50,171 bases of DNA from Spirogloea muscicola (Eukaryota). The translations under genes and the position numbers were made by a program. Positions 45,521-50,171 of the stretch are shown in pieces. Numbering within the stretch: position 1 is the stretch's first letter; each line of letters opens with the position of its first letter. Below the pieces are notes generated by a model. That model did not search any database. It saw only the letters and a program-made list of their open reading frames with translations, and was not told the DNA's origin. The stretch lies in assembly GCA_009602725.1 (NCBI GenBank), contig WELB01000026.1, positions 987,198 through 1,037,368 of the forward strand, read 5' to 3'.

Positions 45521-45831
45521 GGACGCTGGAGCCGGGAGTCGAGCGGTTCGCAGGCGCGCACCGGGGTGGCAGCCTCTTCGTCCCCGCACCAGACCTGCGG
45601 CCCACTGGTCTGGTCTTTCTCCCACTGGGAAGCACGATGAGACGACAGCAGCAGCTCGTTCAGGTGGGGCGAGGGCTGATGAGCCAGCCCGCCAAACATC
45701 AAACGAGCTCTTAAGGCGCCAAGAATTGTAGAGACCACCACTGAGGAAATGAGTGTATACTAAGAGATGGAAGGCCTGTGTGGCCAAGTACAAAGGCAAG
45801 CACATTGACAAACGTACGTCACCTGCTGCCA

Positions 45832-45911
45832 ACTGAGCAGGCACTAAGGGTGCCTGCTCAGTGCTTTGAATGTCCTTGCATGGGTCACATCGCACGGCAT
45901 GTGACCCATGC
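45832..45911. repeat. Two adjacent perfect 13-bp inverted repeats
   Basis: ACTGAGCAGGCAC-taagg-GTGCCTGCTCAGT (45832-45862) and GCATGGGTCACAT-cgcacggc-ATGTGACCCATGC (45878-45911). Confidence 0.9.
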
Positions 45912-46642
45912 CGCGCCATTGGTTGCCACACCATAGGCGACGGGAGTGTAGCCAAGGAAGCAGTGGGTGTAGTGTATGGAGCATATTAGGCCGCCCGCCT
46001 TTTGCTGTCCAACAGCAGCTGGAGCTGTTGCCTGGGCGCTTGCCAGCTGCCTCTCCTCCTGCTACTCTGCTCTCCAGCTCCTCTGCGGCTCGGGCGTCCC
46101 AGGCGCCCTCCTGCCAAGTGGGGCTTATCGGGCTGACCACGGACTGCTCAAGCATTCCGAGCCAGAACCAAGTCTTCTTCACGAGTCCTCTGCACCAGCA
46201 CTTCAGTGCTGTGACGCCTCAGATAGAACGAAAGAAAGTGGCTCTTTAAAGGGGCGAGGGCTGTGAACAGCCGGGCCGAAAAGAATTGACAAAACAGCTG
46301 ATCCATCTCCCAGCCGGGCAGTCTTCCTTTCTTGCAGCGACCTGTACAACCCATACACAAGCCACATTTTCCTCAAGGTGCCTGCATGGCTGCTGCGCTC
46401 ACCAGGAGCAAAAGTCGCCCTTCCCTCCCTGTGCACTGCTCCCTGAGCAAGCACCAATCTTGCAGCTTCTGGAACAACTTGTAGCAGCTGTCTAGGTAGC
46501 CTTGTAGTTGCACTTCCAGGAGCAGAGCACCAATTCACATATGTTGAAGCTGATGGATGCAGAACCTTCTGCAGGGCCACTGCACATATACAGGCTTTGA
46601 CATTGAGCAGCTAGGAAGACGTGCAAATTCCAGACCCGTAGA

Positions 46643-49600
46643 TCATGTGTCGTCCTTCCTCCTCTTCTTTGCCACTTTCAATGTGCCTTGGGGCGTGTCT
46701 GCAGCAGCCGCTGCAGGCGTTGATGCCTTCTTGCTCTTTGACACTGAAGTAGCCTGCAAAGCTGGAGTAACTGGAGCCCCATCCAAGGCAACCTGCACGG
46801 GAGAGACAGTCAGCCAAGTCTGTTGCAGGTAGACATGGCAGACGGCGACTGAAGGAAAATGAAAAGGAAAACTACCAGATATCATAGCAAGAGCACCTCC
46901 CTTTGAGTGGCAGGCAATGACTTTGCGATCTGTCACTAACACAGAGATCACCAATTGCAGTCCAAAGTTTACCTATACCTGTACCCATACCTGATAGACT
47001 TGAGAAGGGTGAGAGGCAGACCTTCTTGGCTTTCTTCAAGCTCTTGCCAGAAGGGGTGGCACTGGCTGGGGTTGCTGCCACTGCTGGTGTGGCAGGTACT
47101 TCTGCCCCCGGGGCCGCAGCTGCATGGCTCTTCTTCTCCTTCTTCTTTGACTTCGGTGTTGGCTCCTTCTCTGCTGAGGCTGCTCCATCTGGCATGCCAT
47201 CCTCAAGTCTTCTCTTTTCCTTTTGCTTGGGTTTCTCTGCAATCACCAGGCAAGCAAGCTGTAAGCGGCACTACTGCATTTCGAACTCAGCAGGCAACTC
47301 CTTCCAATGCGCTCCTGCTTTGTCTGAAGCGCCCTCAGTTTGGCCGAGTTGACCACATGCCCCTAAGAGAGCGTCCTTGCACCCGTCAGCCGATCGACTG
47401 CACCGCCTCCGGCGCCGTTGGAAGGAGCAGGACCGACTAGCAAGGCCAATCGGTGCTGCAACAACCCCCGCGGCCGTCCTCGGCAGGCTGAGGGGCCTCC
47501 GGTGCTCAGCTCAGCCCGAGCTTCAGTGTGGTTAAAGCAGACTCATCATGGGGCAAGCTACTATGAGGCTCCAAGGCAACTGGATCTTCTCGGCGCTTGT
47601 TTGTGGTTCCAACCCATCCTGGTCATTGATTCAAAGTGCAACATCCTCGCAGTAACAACCTCTTTCTATGAGGATCTGTTATGGGCTCCTGCTACTTGTC
47701 AGCAACTTGTGGAAGTCAACAAATGCCGCAAGCTAAATTGGTGTCACAGTCACTTTCTGGGTTGGACGACTATAGGTCGTATGTGCAGAGAACCCTAAAT
47801 AGCTGATTACGCAAGAAAAAGTGACTGCAAGTGACAGCACTCCTTGACTTGCAGTCAGATCGGCTGTATGATTTACCTGCAGGGGTGGTAGCAGCCGTCT
47901 GCTTAAGGCCATCAATTACACCCTTCATGACATCAATATTTCGCCTAGGGGCCACCCCATTGTCATAGAAATTAAGCCTCTCCTCCACCTGCTCCTTGAG
48001 CTTCTCACCGAAGCTGTTCGTGCTCGTCTCTACAACTCAGCATAAGATAGGGTTACATGATTGCACTTTGCTAGATCAGTACAACTGCAGTACTCATTTC
48101 CCCCCCTCTTTGCGGAAGCAGAGCCCGACCTTGACTTGTAATACATGCATGCCAATGCATGTATTGCTCTATGCCAACAGCTGGCACAACCCTAGTAAAT
48201 TCACCAAGCTCGCCCTAAGGATATGACATTTGTCAAGCGAGACGGAGGTGAATGAAAGCCACCTGAGAAGCAATCTATTCTGCAAGCTATGGAGCACTTG
48301 TTCGCAAGGTAGCGTGAGATGCGCCCCTTGTTCCGTGCTGACGCCCTTCCTATGAATGACGAGTGGAAGATGAGGCCGTACTTCGGCGTATTGCCCTTTG
48401 TCTTTAGAGCTCTGTCATTGTGAACAGGTGAGAAGTGTGAGTTCCTTGGACTCACATTGCAGAAGGCAATACATGCTACCTTCACATAGCTTGTTGCTAT
48501 GCAACAGGCTATGCATAGGTATATATCTGTAAGCACAAGGTAAATACATGCTACAATTGCTACCTTCACACAGCCTGTGCAACAGGCTATGAATAAATAT
48601 GTCTGTAAAGGATGCTGAAGAATGATGTGCTAGGGTCCACTTTACCTGAACAGGGCCTTCTCAGCACCCAAAATCTGCACAGTGGAGGCCGGATACTTGG
48701 CTAAGTTGGTAAGGCTGCCGGCATGTGAGATAAGTCGAGCCCCGACCACCTCCCCAATAAGCGCCCCCAGATTTGGGGCCACATCTGCCATCTTGGATAC
48801 AAGGTATGCGTACACATCCCTGCGAAAATCCACCAACTTCACTACCCGCTGTGCAAAGTTCTCAATGTTGATCATGTCAATTGGGGATATGTCCTGGCCT
48901 GCGGGGACGCAGCATTGGCATGGTGCCATGAGATTGTTGCCCTTCAAGTAATGTGACTTATCACAAATACAATTCCACAGACAAGCTGCAAAGAGGGGAA
49001 TTTCAATGTAGAGGTCGACTGCAGTAGCAACAATAGCTAGGTGATGAGTGCATACCCATGGAAGCTCTTGCAGCCTCCAGCACCTCCTGCGCTTTGTCGG
49101 GGTCACCGATTATCTCTGTGAGTGAGGGGAGCGTGTCCTCTGCCAACTTCGATTTGTCCTTGATCAGCCCCGCACACTGTGCATACTGATAGTTGTCATT
49201 CACAATCTTCACCAGCTCGGGAAAGTGCCATGAGTACCACTCCCTGTCACACCATGCCGCACATGTCAAAATCGCCTTGACAGTATTCAGAAGCAAGAAC
49301 CACTGAGCTACATACCTTGTTAACCTCTTCAACTTATATGCAGGATGGGTGACGGCGCACCTGACGCGCATGCAGAAGGTGTTGATGTCCTTGTCCAGCG
49401 TGTCGAGCAGGCTGATGCTCTGGATGATCATGTTATCGACGCGGTTGACATTGAACTTTACCTTGGAACGGCTGTAGCTGTGCCCGAGCCCAAGCTGCGC
49501 CTTTTCCAGGTCGCCTTCCTGCATTCACCATGGTTCAGGCAGCAGACGACCACAGCTTCAGCTTCAGCTTCTTATTGGTGCCTGCCGACGCTAAGCATTG

Positions 49601-50171
49601 ACCGACGAGAACAACCCACCAGAAAAGTTGCATGATCAGCATCCAACTGCTAGGAGGGCGTAACGATCATACTCGGGGCGGCTGCGCAGCCCATTGTGCA
49701 GGTCAGTCATTGCCGTATGCGCCGCCCAAGTAACGAAAGAAGCTGCATGCATTGTTCCCCTGTCCAAGGTGACGCCATTGAGCGACTCGAGGGACCTGAA
49801 CAGAGCAGCTAGGCTTGTGGGCGCACCGCTCAAGCTGGAGGCATGTGGCGGGGGCACCTTGAGGTCCTTGATGAAGCGGGCAAAGTGGAGGCGGATGCCG
49901 CGCACGAGCTCCAGGATGAAGTCGTTGCTCTGGCAGGGGATGCCGGTGGCCTCCTGGATGGCGGACCCCAGCTTGGGCTCCGCCACGGCCAGGCTGAACT
50001 TGGGCGCCTTCTTGGCGCTGCCGCCGCCGGCGGCGGCCTTGCTGACCTTGGGCAGGTTCAGCTCCAGGAAGCTCTCCAGCTCTGTCGTCAGGAGGCCTGT
50101 CACGACCTCCGCCGCGTGTGTGGGCCGTCAGCAGGAGGCCCAGCGTCCGCTGCGGCGGCGGCGGCGGCGGC
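46643..50171 (-). CDS. NOP56: Nucleolar protein 56 (box C/D snoRNP core), 5'-partial
   Basis: [108 protein letters not shown] and [15 protein letters not shown], plus a Lys-rich tail. Confidence 0.96.
47330..47555 (-). ncRNA. Candidate intron-encoded long box C/D sno/scaRNA
   Basis: Minus strand: TGCCC-C-ATGATGA (box C, 47549-47543), CTGA (D', 47526-47523), a GC-rich structured core, then CTGA (box D, 47338-47335)-GGGCG. The terminal stem has canonical geometry. It lies in NOP56 intron 47237-47876, ~93 nt from the 3' splice site. Confidence 0.65.
48463..48608. repeat. Imperfect ~74-bp tandem duplication in a NOP56 intron
   Basis: aagg..aatacatgctac..cttcaca.agc..tgcaacaggctatg.ata..tat.tctgtaa occurs at 48463-48532 and 48537-48608. 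Confidence 0.85.

Noticed and set aside
47336..47420. Plus-strand tRNA-Leu-like start or Pol III A box (CAGTTTGGCCGAGTTG)
   Set aside because: No B box or cloverleaf follows. It is better explained as the antisense of the C/D RNA guide.
49525..49856. ATGATCG...CTGA in another NOP56 intron as a snoRNA
   Set aside because: Box C is degenerate, the spacing is too short, and there is no proper terminal stem.

Overview
Gene-dense, intron-rich eukaryotic nuclear DNA. The plant-like proteins and GC/GGC-rich islands at 5' gene ends suggest a green-lineage organism, most plausibly a streptophyte alga (inference). Ten spliced protein-coding genes are recognisable by translation: a DUF1838-like protein (+, 5' end outside the window), RINT1/TIP20 (MAG2-like, +), EF-hand+TMEM65 (+), GLTP (-), a ~18.6 kb BEACH protein of the plant BCHB type (+), a DHH/DHHA1 phosphoesterase-like protein (-), FAD4 desaturase (+), a TPR protein (-), an FAD monooxygenase (-) and NOP56 (-, 5' end outside the window). 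The main non-genic signals are: (i) a long, structured ~226-nt box C/D RNA candidate in the largest visible NOP56 intron, with alternative D boxes and two antisense elements resembling complements of the tRNA-Leu/Ser D-arm; (ii) an RT-less but stop-free CRE-type retrotransposon zinc-knuckle/restriction-like endonuclease ORF between the divergent GLTP and BEACH genes, with a 16-bp 3' tandem repeat and a long-range inverted repeat at its 5' border; (iii) a probable U12-type intron in the BEACH gene; (iv) a decayed copia gag fragment; (v) several perfect hairpins. There are three N gaps, two of them flanked by poly-T or (CT)n runs of unreliable length. All homology calls come from remembered family motifs, not from database searches.
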